64,000 nucleotides of DNA. It comes from an uncultured Sphingorhabdus sp. Its GTDB lineage: Bacteria > Pseudomonadota > Alphaproteobacteria > Sphingomonadales > Sphingomonadaceae. The stretch covers positions 588,450 through 652,449 of the forward strand of contig CAXBEI010000002.1 in NCBI GenBank assembly GCA_963974765.1. The letters are read 5' to 3'. The notes under the pieces were generated by a model, which worked only from the letters and a program-made list of their open reading frames with translations, was not told where the DNA came from and did no database searches. The position numbers and the translations under genes were made by a program. Positions 26,252 through 36,686 of this stretch are shown here, piece by piece. Each line of letters begins with the position of its first letter. Position 1 is the first letter of the stretch.

Positions 26252-27277
26252 ATGGGTTACAAAATTGTAGTTGTCGGTGCGACGGGTAACGTCGGTCGCG
26301 AAATGCTCAACGTCCTCGCAGAGCGCGAATTTCCCTATGACGAGATTGCCGCAGTGGCATCCTCGCGGTCGCAAGGTAGCGAGATCGAGATTGGCGACAC
26401 CGGCAAGATGCTCAAGGTCCAGAATATCGAGAATTTCGATTTTTCGGGATGGGATATGGCTTTGTTCGCTGCAGGCTCCGGGCCGACCAAGGAATATGCG
26501 CCAAAGGCAGCCGCTGCCGGTTGTGTCGTAATTGACAACAGCTCGCTTTACCGGATGGACCCGGACGTGCCATTGATCGTGCCGGAAGTGAATCCGGAAG
26601 CGATCAGCGGCTATACCAAGCGCAATATCATCGCCAACCCCAATTGCTCGACCGCCCAGATGGTCGTGGCTTTGAAACCGCTGCATGATGCGGCAAAGAT
26701 CAAGCGTGTCGTTGTCTCGACCTATCAGTCGGTCTCCGGCGCAGGCAAGGGCGGCATGGACGAACTGTTCGAACAGTCCCGCGCGATTTTCGTCGGCGAC
26801 CCCAAGGAAAATCACGTCTTCACCAAGCAGATCGCGTTCAACGTGATCCCGCATATCGACGTGTTCCTCGACGACGGCTCGACCAAGGAAGAGTGGAAAA
26901 TGGTGGTCGAGACCAAGAAAATTCTCGATTCCAAGATCAAGGTCACCGCGACTTGCGTCCGCGTTCCGGTCTTTGTCGGCCACAGCGAGTCGATCAACAT
27001 CGAGTTTGAAAACGAGCTGTCTGCCAAGGACGCGCAAAAGATTCTACGCGACGCGCCCGGCATCATGCTGGTCGATAAGCGTGAGGACGAAGGCTATGTG
27101 ACGCCAGTCGAATGTGTCGGCGATGGCGCAACGTTCATCAGCCGCGTACGCGAAGATCCGACGGTTGAAAACGGCCTGAACATCTGGTGCGTCAGCGACA
27201 ATTTGCGCAAGGGTGCTGCGCTCAACGCCGTGCAGATCGCGGAATTACTAGGGCGCAAGCATCTGAAAAAGGGATGA
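26252..27277 (+). CDS. asd: Aspartate-semialdehyde dehydrogenase
   Basis: VGATGNVG, IDNSS, ANPNCST, STYQSVSGAG, CVRVPVFVGH, DNLRKGAALNAVQIAE. Confidence 0.97.
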   Translation: MGYKIVVVGATGNVGREMLNVLAEREFPYDEIAAVASSRSQGSEIEIGDTGKMLKVQNIENFDFSGWDMALFAAGSGPTKEYAPKAAAAGCVVIDNSSLYRMDPDVPLIVPEVNPEAISGYTKRNIIANPNCSTAQMVVALKPLHDAAKIKRVVVSTYQSVSGAGKGGMDELFEQSRAIFVGDPKENHVFTKQIAFNVIPHIDVFLDDGSTKEEWKMVVETKKILDSKIKVTATCVRVPVFVGHSESINIEFENELSAKDAQKILRDAPGIMLVDKREDEGYVTPVECVGDGATFISRVREDPTVENGLNIWCVSDNLRKGAALNAVQIAELLGRKHLKKG

Positions 27278-27321
27278 TTTTCCGGTTTGGAACGTGAGAA
27301 TGCTGTGTTAGTTCATCTCTA

Positions 27322-28089
27322 ATGGGATGGGCTTCCAAAATATATCAGTGGATGATGCGTTTTAATACCGTAGCGCTAACGTTTATCTTGGCGTCGATCA
27401 TCGTCTTCTTCATTTACGACCAATACCGGCACTGGACCTTTCCAAGTGAAGGTCGGTTGGGCAACGGGATGTCGAGCGAAAGCTACGGTGCGGGAGCCGC
27501 ACCTGCAACTCCTATGAGTGGACAGGAAATCAGGACTCCGGGCGGAGACCTAGTTAGCTATTACGTCGCGGAAGATGCAGACAGTTTCGAATGGGACGAA
27601 GGGCAGAATATTTCAATTGTGAACCTGAGCAATGGAAATTCATACAAGATTCTGGCCGACGATGACCCACGCGCCGTGTTAGATTGGAAGCTGATCAGAA
27701 AGGATGGCGAAAACCCAGTTGTCTACGTCGGATACGTGGCCTGGGCCGCTACAAAAGAACAATATGATCAAGGTCGCGCAGATTTGCTGGTTTCGGCACT
27801 CCCCAATGTAAAGCAGCATACGCTCGGGACAAATGTTAAATACGCATATCTGCCGAAAGTCATGGGTGACGAGAGCATGGCAATCATCATGTGGCCTGAA
27901 GAAGATGAAGCCAACTTCGTTTCGTTGGACCTTGAGACTGGTATGATCATCGAAAGAAAGGAAATAGATTTACCAAAGTTCAAGAAAAATTTCCTCTCGA
28001 TGAATCATGGCTTGCCAGTATCGAAATTTGCAAGGCTCGATCACATCAGGAATTCCGCCCCGGTTAATGTTTTTGGATATCAGGAATAA
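27322..28089 (+). CDS. Hypothetical protein with N-terminal TM anchor
   Basis: 255-aa ORF, hydrophobic TVALTFILASIIVFFIY, lower GC than its flanks, no recognised motif. Confidence 0.7.
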   Translation: MGWASKIYQWMMRFNTVALTFILASIIVFFIYDQYRHWTFPSEGRLGNGMSSESYGAGAAPATPMSGQEIRTPGGDLVSYYVAEDADSFEWDEGQNISIVNLSNGNSYKILADDDPRAVLDWKLIRKDGENPVVYVGYVAWAATKEQYDQGRADLLVSALPNVKQHTLGTNVKYAYLPKVMGDESMAIIMWPEEDEANFVSLDLETGMIIERKEIDLPKFKKNFLSMNHGLPVSKFARLDHIRNSAPVNVFGYQE

Positions 28090-28214
28090 CTTTGAGAATA
28101 GACATATGGCGGGCTTTCGAGCCCTCATGGTAATCTGATTCGGCGCCTGAATGTTCCGCTGATCATGCTATGCCATCTCGATTGTTGGAACCTGATCAAG
28201 CATCTGAAGAAGGG

Positions 28215-29765
28215 CTAGTGCGCCGCACTGGCCGCTTCGGCTGAATCGACTTTCATCCGCTGGGGTTTCTTCATCAGGAACACCAGCGGAACACATAATG
28301 CGGTTACCACCGACATCAGCCAGAAATCTCCCAGATAGGCGATCATCAGGGCTTGCCGGTTCACTTCTCCATCAATCATCGTCATCGCCTGCTCGCCATA
28401 TTGTCCCAACCGGCTGATGCTGGTGGGGCTGAGCGGTGACAGTCTCGCTTCGGTTACATTGGCGGAAAGGTCTGCGTGACTGGTCTGCCAGTTGCGGCCC
28501 AACAGGCCGACGAATACCGCGATCCCGACCGACGCGCCGATGGTGCGCGCGAGGTTGAGCAAGCTGGCGCCATCGGTCCGCAAAGCTGGCGACAGCGTGG
28601 AAAATGCCAATATATTCATCGTCACGAACAGTGCTCCCATGCCCAGACCCTGGACAACGCCGCTGGTAATCACCGGCCATCGGTCCATCTCGAGGCTCCA
28701 TCCTGTCATCATCCAGGCCGAGTAAGAGGCCAGCGCCATACCCACTGCAACGACATATCTGGCGTCTACAAGCGTGGCGAGACGGCTGCCGATCGCCATG
28801 CCAAAGAAGACACCGACGCCGCGCGGGGCCAATATCAGGCCGGCATCAATCGGCGTATAATGATAGATGTTCTGCAGCATCGGCGGCAGCAGCGCCATGG
28901 TCGAGAACATCGATACGCCGGCAACGATCATCAATAGCATGGCGGTGATCAAATTCCGGTCTTTGAACAAATCGCGGGACAGAAACGGGTTTTTTGCCGT
29001 CGCCATATGGATTGCGAATATCCACAAGGCTGCTGCCGATATCCCGAATTCTATGATGATTTCCCAGCTGTCGAACCAGTCTTCGCTATTGCCCCGATCG
29101 AGCATGAGCTGGAAGGTGGCGATAAAGATAGCGAACAGAAGAAATCCCGGCATATCGAACTTCCGGCGGGCGATCGGCCGCGAGGGCAGCAGCGTCCAGA
29201 GCATGATAAAGGTGATGATGCCAAGCGGCACATTGATCAGGAAAATCCACTCCCAGCTGTAATTCTCGGTCAGATAGCCACCAATAATCGGACCCATGAT
29301 CGGTGCGATCATGATGCCCATGCCCCATATCGCCATGGCCCGCGGATGGTTTTTCGGCGGATTGATGTCGAGCATCACCGTTTGCGAAAGCGGCATCACG
29401 AACGCGCCTGACATTCCCTGAATCACGCGGTAAAAGACCAGCATCTCAAGGCTTGATGCTGTGGCGCAGAGCAAGGACGACGCGGTGAATCCGGCGATCG
29501 ACAACAGAAACAGGTTGCGGGAACCGATACGGTCGGCGACCCACCCGGTAATCGGGATAGCCACTGCCGAAGCCAATATATAACTGGTCAATACCCAGGT
29601 CACTGTATCGAGCGTGGCTCCGAGGCCCGATTGCATGTGCGGCAGGGCGACATTGGCAATGGTGGAGTCCAATATCTGCATGATATTGCCGAGCATGACA
29701 GCAATTGTGAGCAGCAGCCGGTTGTTCACCGGCAGGGCTGCTACATCAGGATTTGGTGTGTTCAC
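28215..29765 (-). CDS. DHA2-family MFS efflux permease (EmrB/QacA)
   Basis: LDSTIANVALP, WVLTSY, GWVADRIG, GGYLTENYSWEWIFLINVP; about 14 TM segments. Confidence 0.93.
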   Translation of the reverse strand: MNTPNPDVAALPVNNRLLLTIAVMLGNIMQILDSTIANVALPHMQSGLGATLDTVTWVLTSYILASAVAIPITGWVADRIGSRNLFLLSIAGFTASSLLCATASSLEMLVFYRVIQGMSGAFVMPLSQTVMLDINPPKNHPRAMAIWGMGIMIAPIMGPIIGGYLTENYSWEWIFLINVPLGIITFIMLWTLLPSRPIARRKFDMPGFLLFAIFIATFQLMLDRGNSEDWFDSWEIIIEFGISAAALWIFAIHMATAKNPFLSRDLFKDRNLITAMLLMIVAGVSMFSTMALLPPMLQNIYHYTPIDAGLILAPRGVGVFFGMAIGSRLATLVDARYVVAVGMALASYSAWMMTGWSLEMDRWPVITSGVVQGLGMGALFVTMNILAFSTLSPALRTDGASLLNLARTIGASVGIAVFVGLLGRNWQTSHADLSANVTEARLSPLSPTSISRLGQYGEQAMTMIDGEVNRQALMIAYLGDFWLMSVVTALCVPLVFLMKKPQRMKVDSAEAASAAH

Positions 29766-30844
29766 TCTTTACCATTGCGCAGATCGACGGTCACTTCCGC
29801 CGAAATCCCGGCGATCAGCTGTCGTGGGGATTTGTCCAATATCCTGATCCGTACCGGCACCCGCTGGGTAACCTTGACCCAGTTGCCATTGGCATTTTGT
29901 GCCGGTAGCACGGAAAACTCCGACCCGGTGCCCGCGCCGATACTGTCGACCCGGCCGTTGAGCTCCAGATCGGGATAGGCGTCAAAAGTGATTTTGGCTT
30001 GCTGTCCGACCTTCATCTTGGCCAGATCGGTTTCCTTGAAATTGGCCTCTATCCAGCTATTCTGGTCATTCACGATCGAAACGACCGGCAAGCCGGAAAC
30101 CATCATTTGCCCGACCTGTAACCGGGTTGACTGGGCAATGCGTCCGGCGACGGGCGCTACCACTCGCGTGCGCGCGAGATCGAGCAAGGACTGGTCTCGC
30201 GCCACCTTGGCGTCGGCGATATCCGGATTTTCTCCGGGTGCTGCGGAACCCGTTGACAGTCGTGCCTTGGCCGCGACCACATCGGATTGCGCAGACTTCA
30301 GTTTCGCACGGGCCAGATCTACCTCATGCTGGGCGGCATCAAGTCGCGCTCTGGTGGTGAAGCCTTTTTCCATCAACGCCGCCTGTCGCTGATAGTTGGA
30401 CAGAGCGAAGGCGATATCCTGCTGCGCCACCTCGATATCGACTCCGCTTACCTGATAGTCGGCCTGGAGATTTTGCACCTCGACCTGCGCGGCGGCGATA
30501 CGGGCATTGCTCTGGGCAACCGCCAGTTCAAAGGGAACCGGATCAATGGCAAAAAGCAGATCGCCTGCTGCAACCAGCTGATTCTCGCTCACCCCCACTT
30601 CGACAATTTTCCCGCCAATCTCGGGTGAGACGGAAACAATATCCTGCTGGACATAGGCATTGTCGGTGGACGCGTAATGATCGCTGACAATCCAGTAATA
30701 GGTGCCGGCGCCCGCCAATATCAGCGGAACCGAGAGCATCAACAGCCAACGGCCGATGCGCCGTGCCGGTGAACGCGGCGCAGGCACTTCCTCTATTGGC
30801 TGGCTTGCGGCTGTTTCCATTTGCGGATTCGGGTTATCAGCCAT
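29762..30844 (-). CDS. HlyD/EmrA-family membrane fusion protein
   Basis: STDNAYV, lipoyl-like halves, ANFKETDL, LPAQNANGNWVKVTQRVPVRI. Confidence 0.92.
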   Translation of the reverse strand: MADNPNPQMETAASQPIEEVPAPRSPARRIGRWLLMLSVPLILAGAGTYYWIVSDHYASTDNAYVQQDIVSVSPEIGGKIVEVGVSENQLVAAGDLLFAIDPVPFELAVAQSNARIAAAQVEVQNLQADYQVSGVDIEVAQQDIAFALSNYQRQAALMEKGFTTRARLDAAQHEVDLARAKLKSAQSDVVAAKARLSTGSAAPGENPDIADAKVARDQSLLDLARTRVVAPVAGRIAQSTRLQVGQMMVSGLPVVSIVNDQNSWIEANFKETDLAKMKVGQQAKITFDAYPDLELNGRVDSIGAGTGSEFSVLPAQNANGNWVKVTQRVPVRIRILDKSPRQLIAGISAEVTVDLRNGKE

Positions 30845-31295
30845 TGGCGGCCCGTTTCTCTTGTGAATCCCCGTCATCGATGGACTGCAAATTGCGGCGG
30901 AACTGCTCGAGCAGATGATGAAGCTGTTCCTGCTCCTTCTTCGGCACGTCGTGCAACGCCTCCTGCAACAATTCTTCCCCGATCGGTTGCAGCTGTTCGG
31001 TCAAGGCAATGCCTTTGGGCGTCAGATAAAGTTTCCACGCCCGCCGGTCAGCGGGGTCAGGACGGCGCTCTACCATATCTGCAGCCTGCAACCGGTCGAC
31101 CATCCGGCACAGCGTCATCGCATCCAGTTCCAGCATGTCGGCCAGCGCACTCTGGTTGATCCCTTCGTGCCGCTGCAACCAGGTCAGGACCCGCCACTGC
31201 GGACGGGTCACGCCGATCGCCTTGGCACGCTGGTCAAATGTCCGCCGGATCAGGCGTGAAATGTCACCGATCATAAATCCGATATTATCGCTCAT
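30837..31295 (-). CDS. MarR-family transcriptional regulator
   Basis: GVTRPQWRVL, INQSALA, VDRLQAADMVERRPDPADRRA. Confidence 0.93.
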   Translation of the reverse strand: MSDNIGFMIGDISRLIRRTFDQRAKAIGVTRPQWRVLTWLQRHEGINQSALADMLELDAMTLCRMVDRLQAADMVERRPDPADRRAWKLYLTPKGIALTEQLQPIGEELLQEALHDVPKKEQEQLHHLLEQFRRNLQSIDDGDSQEKRAANG

Positions 31296-31305
31296 CGAGC
31301 CAATT

Positions 31306-31323
31306 TAATAACATATTTTATTA
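31306..31323. promoter_or_regulatory. Putative MarR operator
   Basis: Perfect palindrome TAATAA-N6-TTATTA about 10 nt upstream of the marR start. Confidence 0.5.
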
Positions 31324-31375
31324 TATGCAATGATTAGCTTTGAAAATTATGGAAGCGGACTGATGATTGTGCCAT

Positions 31376-32032
31376 ATGACCGCCATGACATTGAAAGCAG
31401 ACGTATATTGGTCCTTCCGCTCACCCTATAGCTATCTGGCTACGCGGCGTTACGTCGCGCTGACGGAGGCATATGACCTGAAAATCAACCAGCGGTTCGT
31501 GTACCCGCTGGCGATCCGCGAACCGGATTTCTTCGAGAAGAACCATCCCAACTGGCTGGGCTATGTGTTCAAGGATATATTCCGGGTGGCTCAACATATG
31601 GGCATACCGATGGCACCGCCCAATCCCGATCCGATCGTTCAGGATATTGCCACCCGCAAGATTGCAGCCGAGCAGCCCTATATTTTCGAACTGACCCGGA
31701 TGGGGCAGGCGGCTTCGCGGCGCGGCAAGGGGCTCGAATTTGCCAATGAAGTCTCGCAGATGATATGGGGTGGCACCGCTGGCTGGAACGAAGGTGACCA
31801 TCTGGAAAAAGCGACTGAGCGCGCCGGGCTGGATCTGACCGAGCTACGAGTAGAGGCGTCAACCCAGTCAGAAGGACTGGACGCCGAAATCGCGGAGAAT
31901 CAGCAAGCACTCGAAGCCGCGGGCCATTGGGGCGTTCCGTCGCTCGTCTTCGAAGGCGAGCCGTTTTTCGGGCAGGACCGGATTGATCTGGCGGTATGGC
32001 GGATGAAGCAAAAGGGTCTTGTTGAACGATAG
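31376..32032 (+). CDS. 2-hydroxychromene-2-carboxylate isomerase / DsbA-like (GST-kappa) family protein
   Basis: YWSFRSPYSYL and WGVPSLVFEGEPFFGQDRI. Confidence 0.88.
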   Translation: MTAMTLKADVYWSFRSPYSYLATRRYVALTEAYDLKINQRFVYPLAIREPDFFEKNHPNWLGYVFKDIFRVAQHMGIPMAPPNPDPIVQDIATRKIAAEQPYIFELTRMGQAASRRGKGLEFANEVSQMIWGGTAGWNEGDHLEKATERAGLDLTELRVEASTQSEGLDAEIAENQQALEAAGHWGVPSLVFEGEPFFGQDRIDLAVWRMKQKGLVER

Positions 32033-32201
32033 ATTTATGGGGCTTTTCTACATTGATTTGATGCTTCAGGCTGCACCTGACGTCCATATTCCACCCGAAT
32101 TTAGCCGGACTTTTCTTAGAATTAGAATATTGTGCCGATGGACTTAACCGGGCCTCCTTCATTGGGCCCAACTTTGACAAACTTTGGATTAAGAGAGTCG
32201 A

Positions 32202-32957
32202 TTGATGACCGCAAATAACTGGGACTTTTCATCCTTTGACGGTGTGACCCTCAAAATCCACGAAATGGGGGAGGGGCGCCCTGTCATCCTGCTCCACGGC
32301 CTATTCTCCAACGCTCACACCAACTGGATCAAATTTGGCCAGGCGCAGGCGCTGGTTGATGCCGGCTTGCGGGTGATCATGCCCGACCTGCGCGCCCATG
32401 GTGAAAGCGAAGCGCCGCATGAGCCGGCAGCCTATCCCGATGATGTGCTGGTGCAGGACGCGCTGGCACTGATCGCGCATCTGGAATTGACCGATTATGA
32501 TCTCGGCGGCTTCTCGCTCGGTGCCCGGACCACGGCACGGCTGCTGGTCACCGGTGCCAATCCGGCCAAGGCGATACTCGCCGGCATGGGGCTCCAGGGG
32601 CTTGCCGGATGGGAACAGCGACAGGAATTTTTCCAGGAGGCGATCCGGCTCAAGGACAGTGCCAAACGCGGCGACCCGCACTGGTTCGCCATCCAGTTTA
32701 TGAAAAGCCAGAAAATCGACCCGGTGGCAGCAAGTTTGTTGCTCGCGACATTTTCCGATATGGATCCCGCTGATGCAGCAAGCATAGAAACCGAAACCTT
32801 GGTTCTGTGCGGCAGTGAAGACCGGGACAACGGCGATCCGGAAGAACTGGCGGCGATTTTGCTCAACGGCCACCATGTCGCGATTCCGGGAACCCATATG
32901 AGCAGTGTGACCAAAGCGGAGATGGGCCAGGAAATGGTGCGCTTTCTGGTCGGATAG
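32202..32957 (+). CDS. Alpha/beta fold hydrolase
   Basis: LLHGLFS, PDLRAHGES, nucleophile elbow GFSLG, C-terminal His (PGTHM). Confidence 0.9.
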   Translation: MMTANNWDFSSFDGVTLKIHEMGEGRPVILLHGLFSNAHTNWIKFGQAQALVDAGLRVIMPDLRAHGESEAPHEPAAYPDDVLVQDALALIAHLELTDYDLGGFSLGARTTARLLVTGANPAKAILAGMGLQGLAGWEQRQEFFQEAIRLKDSAKRGDPHWFAIQFMKSQKIDPVAASLLLATFSDMDPADAASIETETLVLCGSEDRDNGDPEELAAILLNGHHVAIPGTHMSSVTKAEMGQEMVRFLVG

Positions 32958-32965
32958 GAGGAACA

Positions 32966-33493
32966 ATGCCGAAACTCTATAGCTGGCGCAATTTCTGGAT
33001 ATTCTGGGGCAGCGGCTTGGCGCTGTTTCTCTATCTGGTCGCTACCGGCGGGGTACTCGAAACGGCTGTCGCGCCTGGAGGCATATTGGATCACCAGAGC
33101 GCAGCGACAGCGGCACGGGTGAACGCAATCCAGCAAAGCTGGGTCGCCGCAGGGGTGCTGGATCTCGCCCGCTGGGGCATGATCGCCGATCTTGTTTTCA
33201 TCACTCTCTATATGTCCGGCGGCATCATCGGCGGACGATTGATCTGGCAACGGGCCAATTCACCCACATTGAAAAAAGTCGGGCTGCTATGCGTTCTGAG
33301 CTATTTTGTCTTTGGCCTGACTGATTATATCGAAACCGTCAGCCAATTGATCCAGCTGATCAACGAACAGGGCAGTGACATTCTCGCCGGGACGGCGGCG
33401 CTGGCGAAACCGGTAAAAACCCTGAGCTGGATCATCGGTACCGTCGCGATGATCGGCGCGCTTATCTGGCGATGGCGCGAAACACGGGCTTGA
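32966..33493 (+). CDS. Hypothetical multi-TM membrane protein
   Basis: 175-aa ORF with about four hydrophobic segments; GGAGG SD upstream. Confidence 0.75.
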   Translation: MPKLYSWRNFWIFWGSGLALFLYLVATGGVLETAVAPGGILDHQSAATAARVNAIQQSWVAAGVLDLARWGMIADLVFITLYMSGGIIGGRLIWQRANSPTLKKVGLLCVLSYFVFGLTDYIETVSQLIQLINEQGSDILAGTAALAKPVKTLSWIIGTVAMIGALIWRWRETRA

Positions 33494-33550
33494 CCGGCAG
33501 GCAATAAAGTTTCAATTCTAACCAAAGTCAAAACAGTTGAGGATCAACAT

Positions 33551-35389
33551 ATGAAAACCGCCGCTTCGATCGTCGCAATCGCTACTATGGCCCTGACAAG
33601 CCCGGCCTTGGCCCAGCATCACGAGAATGATGATGTGGAAGCAACTGCTGCCCCAACCGCCGAGGATGCCAAGCAATTCGTCGACGATACGGAACAGCAA
33701 TTGTACGACTTTTCGTTAGATGCTTCCCGGATCTACTGGATAAACGCGAATTTCATTACCGATGATACCGACGCTTTGGCCGCCAAGGTCGGCGCAGAGG
33801 GAACGACGATGTCGGTACAGGCTGCCATTGATGCAGCGATGTTCAACGATGTTCAAGGTCTTGACGCGGTCACACGGCGCAAGCTGGACAAATTGCGCGG
33901 CGGGATTGTGCTTCCTGCACCAACCACAGAGGGCGCCGCCACCGAACTGAACGAGATCGCCACCAAGCTGAACTCGGCTTACGGCAAGGGCAAGGGTACG
34001 CTCAACGGCAAGGAAATCAACGGTTCCGATATCGAAGCGGCGATGGGCACCAATCGCAATCCCGAAGAACTTTCCGAAATGTGGGCCAGCTGGCACAGCA
34101 ATGTCGGCGCGCCGATGAAGGATGATTATGCCCGCATGGTCGAGATTGCCAATGAAGGTGCCCGGGAGCTCGGCTTCGCCGATGTAGGCGCAATGTGGCG
34201 GTCCGGCTATGATATGCCGGCCGACGATTTCGCCAAGCTGACCGATAAATTATGGGCGCAGGTCAAACCGCTATACGACCAGCTCCACTGCTACACCCGC
34301 GACAAGCTCAACGAAAAATATGGCGACGCCGTCCAGCCGGAAGCGGGCCCGATCCGCGCGGACCTGCTTGGCAATATGTGGGCGCAGGAATGGGGCAATA
34401 TCTATGATATCGTCGCACCGGAAGGAGCTGGCGATATTGGTTTCGATACGACCGAATTACTGGTCGCCAATGATTATGATGCGATGAAGATGGTCAAAAC
34501 AGGCGAAGGATTCTTCTCCTCGCTCGGCTTCGACCCGCTGCCGGAAACTTTCTATGAGCGGTCTTTGTTCACCAAACCTGCTGACCGGGAAGTCGTGTGC
34601 CACGCCAGCGCCTGGGATATCGACAACAAGGACGACATTCGGATCAAGATGTGCATCAAGGTCAATGGTGACGATTTCACCACCATCCACCATGAACTGG
34701 GTCATAATTATTATCAGCGCGCCTATAACAAGCAGAGCTATTTGCATCTCGACGGCGCCAATGACGGTTTCCACGAAGCCATCGGCGACGCGATCGCACT
34801 GTCGATCACACCGGAATATCTGGTTCAGGTCGGCTTGCTTGACGCTGACAAGGTTCCGAGCGCCGACAAGGATGTCGGTCTGTTGCTGCGTCAGGCGATG
34901 GACAAGGTCGCGTTCCTGCCATTCGGCCTGCTGGTTGACAAATGGCGCTGGGAGGTATTCTCCGGCGACATCACGCCCGATAATTACACCCAGGCCTGGC
35001 ATGACTTGAAGCTCGAATATCAGGGGATCACACCGCCGGTCGACCGGCCCGACGATGCCTTCGATCCGGGTGCCAAATATCATATCCCGGGCAACACGCC
35101 TTATTCACGCTATTTCCTCGCCCGAATCCTGCAGTTCCAGTTCTACAAGGCGGCCTGCGACGAAGCCGGATGGAAGGGGCCGCTGCACCGCTGTTCTTTC
35201 TATGGCAACGAGCAGGTTGGCGCTAAGCTGAACGCGATGCTGGAAATGGGTGCATCCAAACCCTGGCCCGACGCGCTGGAAGCCTTTACCGGCAAGCGTG
35301 AAATGGATGGCTCGGCGATGATCAGCTATTTCGCGCCGCTTATGGACTGGCTGAAGGAAGAGAATAAAGGCAAGTCCTGCGGATGGTAG
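33551..35389 (+). CDS. Peptidase M2 (angiotensin-converting-enzyme-like peptidyl-dipeptidase), secreted
   Basis: Signal peptide (ALA-Q), LLGNMWAQEW, VCHASAWD, HHELGH, GFHEAIGD, FDPGAKYHIP. Confidence 0.93.
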   Translation: MKTAASIVAIATMALTSPALAQHHENDDVEATAAPTAEDAKQFVDDTEQQLYDFSLDASRIYWINANFITDDTDALAAKVGAEGTTMSVQAAIDAAMFNDVQGLDAVTRRKLDKLRGGIVLPAPTTEGAATELNEIATKLNSAYGKGKGTLNGKEINGSDIEAAMGTNRNPEELSEMWASWHSNVGAPMKDDYARMVEIANEGARELGFADVGAMWRSGYDMPADDFAKLTDKLWAQVKPLYDQLHCYTRDKLNEKYGDAVQPEAGPIRADLLGNMWAQEWGNIYDIVAPEGAGDIGFDTTELLVANDYDAMKMVKTGEGFFSSLGFDPLPETFYERSLFTKPADREVVCHASAWDIDNKDDIRIKMCIKVNGDDFTTIHHELGHNYYQRAYNKQSYLHLDGANDGFHEAIGDAIALSITPEYLVQVGLLDADKVPSADKDVGLLLRQAMDKVAFLPFGLLVDKWRWEVFSGDITPDNYTQAWHDLKLEYQGITPPVDRPDDAFDPGAKYHIPGNTPYSRYFLARILQFQFYKAACDEAGWKGPLHRCSFYGNEQVGAKLNAMLEMGASKPWPDALEAFTGKREMDGSAMISYFAPLMDWLKEENKGKSCGW

Positions 35390-35394
35390 GCATG

Positions 35395-35432
35395 AAAAAG
35401 CCGGCGGGAACCTGAGTTCTCGCCGGCATTTT
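35395..35432. terminator. Bidirectional intrinsic terminator
   Basis: GCCGGCGGGAAC-loop-GTTCTCGCCGGC flanked by A and T tracts. Confidence 0.75.
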
Positions 35433-35448
35433 ATTCGATTGATTTCGC

Positions 35449-35925
35449 TTAAAGCTGATCGAGCATATATTCTGCTGTGCTGACCTTGAAGTCACCCGGC
35501 GCTTCGACGTTTAGTTCCTCAACCACACCGTCATTGACGATCATCGAGAAGCGCTGGCCGCGCTGGCCCAGACCAAAGCCTGAACCGTCCATGGTCAGGC
35601 CGACCGCCTGAGCAAATTCGCCATTGCCGTCGGCGAGCATGGTGACGTCTTCTGAACCCGATGCATCATTCCACGCGCCCATGACGAACGCGTCATTAAC
35701 GGCGGTGCAGGCAATTTCATCAACGCCCTTGGCTTTCAGATCGGCAGCCTTGTCAACATAGCCGGGCAGATGCTTCGCGGAGCAGGTCGGGGTGAACGCG
35801 CCGGGAACGGAAAACAGCGCCACTTTCTTGCCGGCGAAATATTCGCTGGAACTCACTTGCTGTGGGCCTTCTGCGGTCGCTTTGACCAGTTTTACTTCGG
35901 GAATCTTGTCGCCTATATTGATCAT
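35449..35925 (-). CDS. Peroxiredoxin, Prx5/Redoxin family
   Basis: VPGAFTPTCSAKHLPG (peroxidatic Cys), VNDAFVM, ADGNG, RGQRFSMIV. Confidence 0.93.
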   Translation of the reverse strand: MINIGDKIPEVKLVKATAEGPQQVSSSEYFAGKKVALFSVPGAFTPTCSAKHLPGYVDKAADLKAKGVDEIACTAVNDAFVMGAWNDASGSEDVTMLADGNGEFAQAVGLTMDGSGFGLGQRGQRFSMIVNDGVVEELNVEAPGDFKVSTAEYMLDQL

Positions 35926-36079
35926 GTCTTGCTCCTGGTTTTGATTGGGCTGTGAACGCCTGCCTCTACAGTTGATAGTGGTGACAGAGGCGCGAAATTG
36001 CAAGCTGGCAAAACGACCAGGAATGGGACTTTTGACATTTGCCATGGGAAGTTCAGATTTGCGGCGCTATGCTGCCTTC

Positions 36080-36640
36080 ATGAATGATCCCGTCTTTTTC
36101 TCCGGACAATTTCTCCTCGCCACACCCGGAATGGCAGACCCGCGCTTTGCACGATCGGTGGTGGCTATCTGCTCCCACGATGAAAACGGTGCTTTGGGTA
36201 TCAATATCGGCGAGACGATGGAGGGCATCCGTTTTCACGATATTCTTCAACAGTTTGACATCGATACCGCTGAAGCGCCGAACTGCGACGTCTTCCTGGG
36301 TGGCCCGATGGAAACACAGCGCGGCTTCATCCTTCACAGCCTTGATATCAATATGTCGGACACACTCCAGGTGGGAGACAGCTGGGGTCTCAGCAGCTCG
36401 ATTGATATGCTGAAAGCAATTGCCCAGGGCCGCGGTCCTGAAAAATGGATCATCGCGCTTGGCTATTCCGGATGGGGTGAAGGCCAGCTGGAAGGCGAAC
36501 TGACCCAGAATGGCTGGACGATCGCTGAGGGGGCTCCCGACTGGTTGTACGAGACCGAATCCGGCGACAAATGGCTGATGGCGTGGGAAGCTCTGGGCAT
36601 TGACCCGGCCAAACTGTCGAGTGGATTCGGCAGCGCCTGA
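36080..36640 (+). CDS. YqgE/AlgH family protein
   Basis: LLATPGMADPRFARSVV, FLGGPM, GYSGWGEGQLEGEL..NGW. Confidence 0.92.
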   Translation: MNDPVFFSGQFLLATPGMADPRFARSVVAICSHDENGALGINIGETMEGIRFHDILQQFDIDTAEAPNCDVFLGGPMETQRGFILHSLDINMSDTLQVGDSWGLSSSIDMLKAIAQGRGPEKWIIALGYSGWGEGQLEGELTQNGWTIAEGAPDWLYETESGDKWLMAWEALGIDPAKLSSGFGSA

Positions 36641-36686
36641 CCTTCTGATTATTACGGCCTGCGGCGCGCCAGACTCACAAAATATC

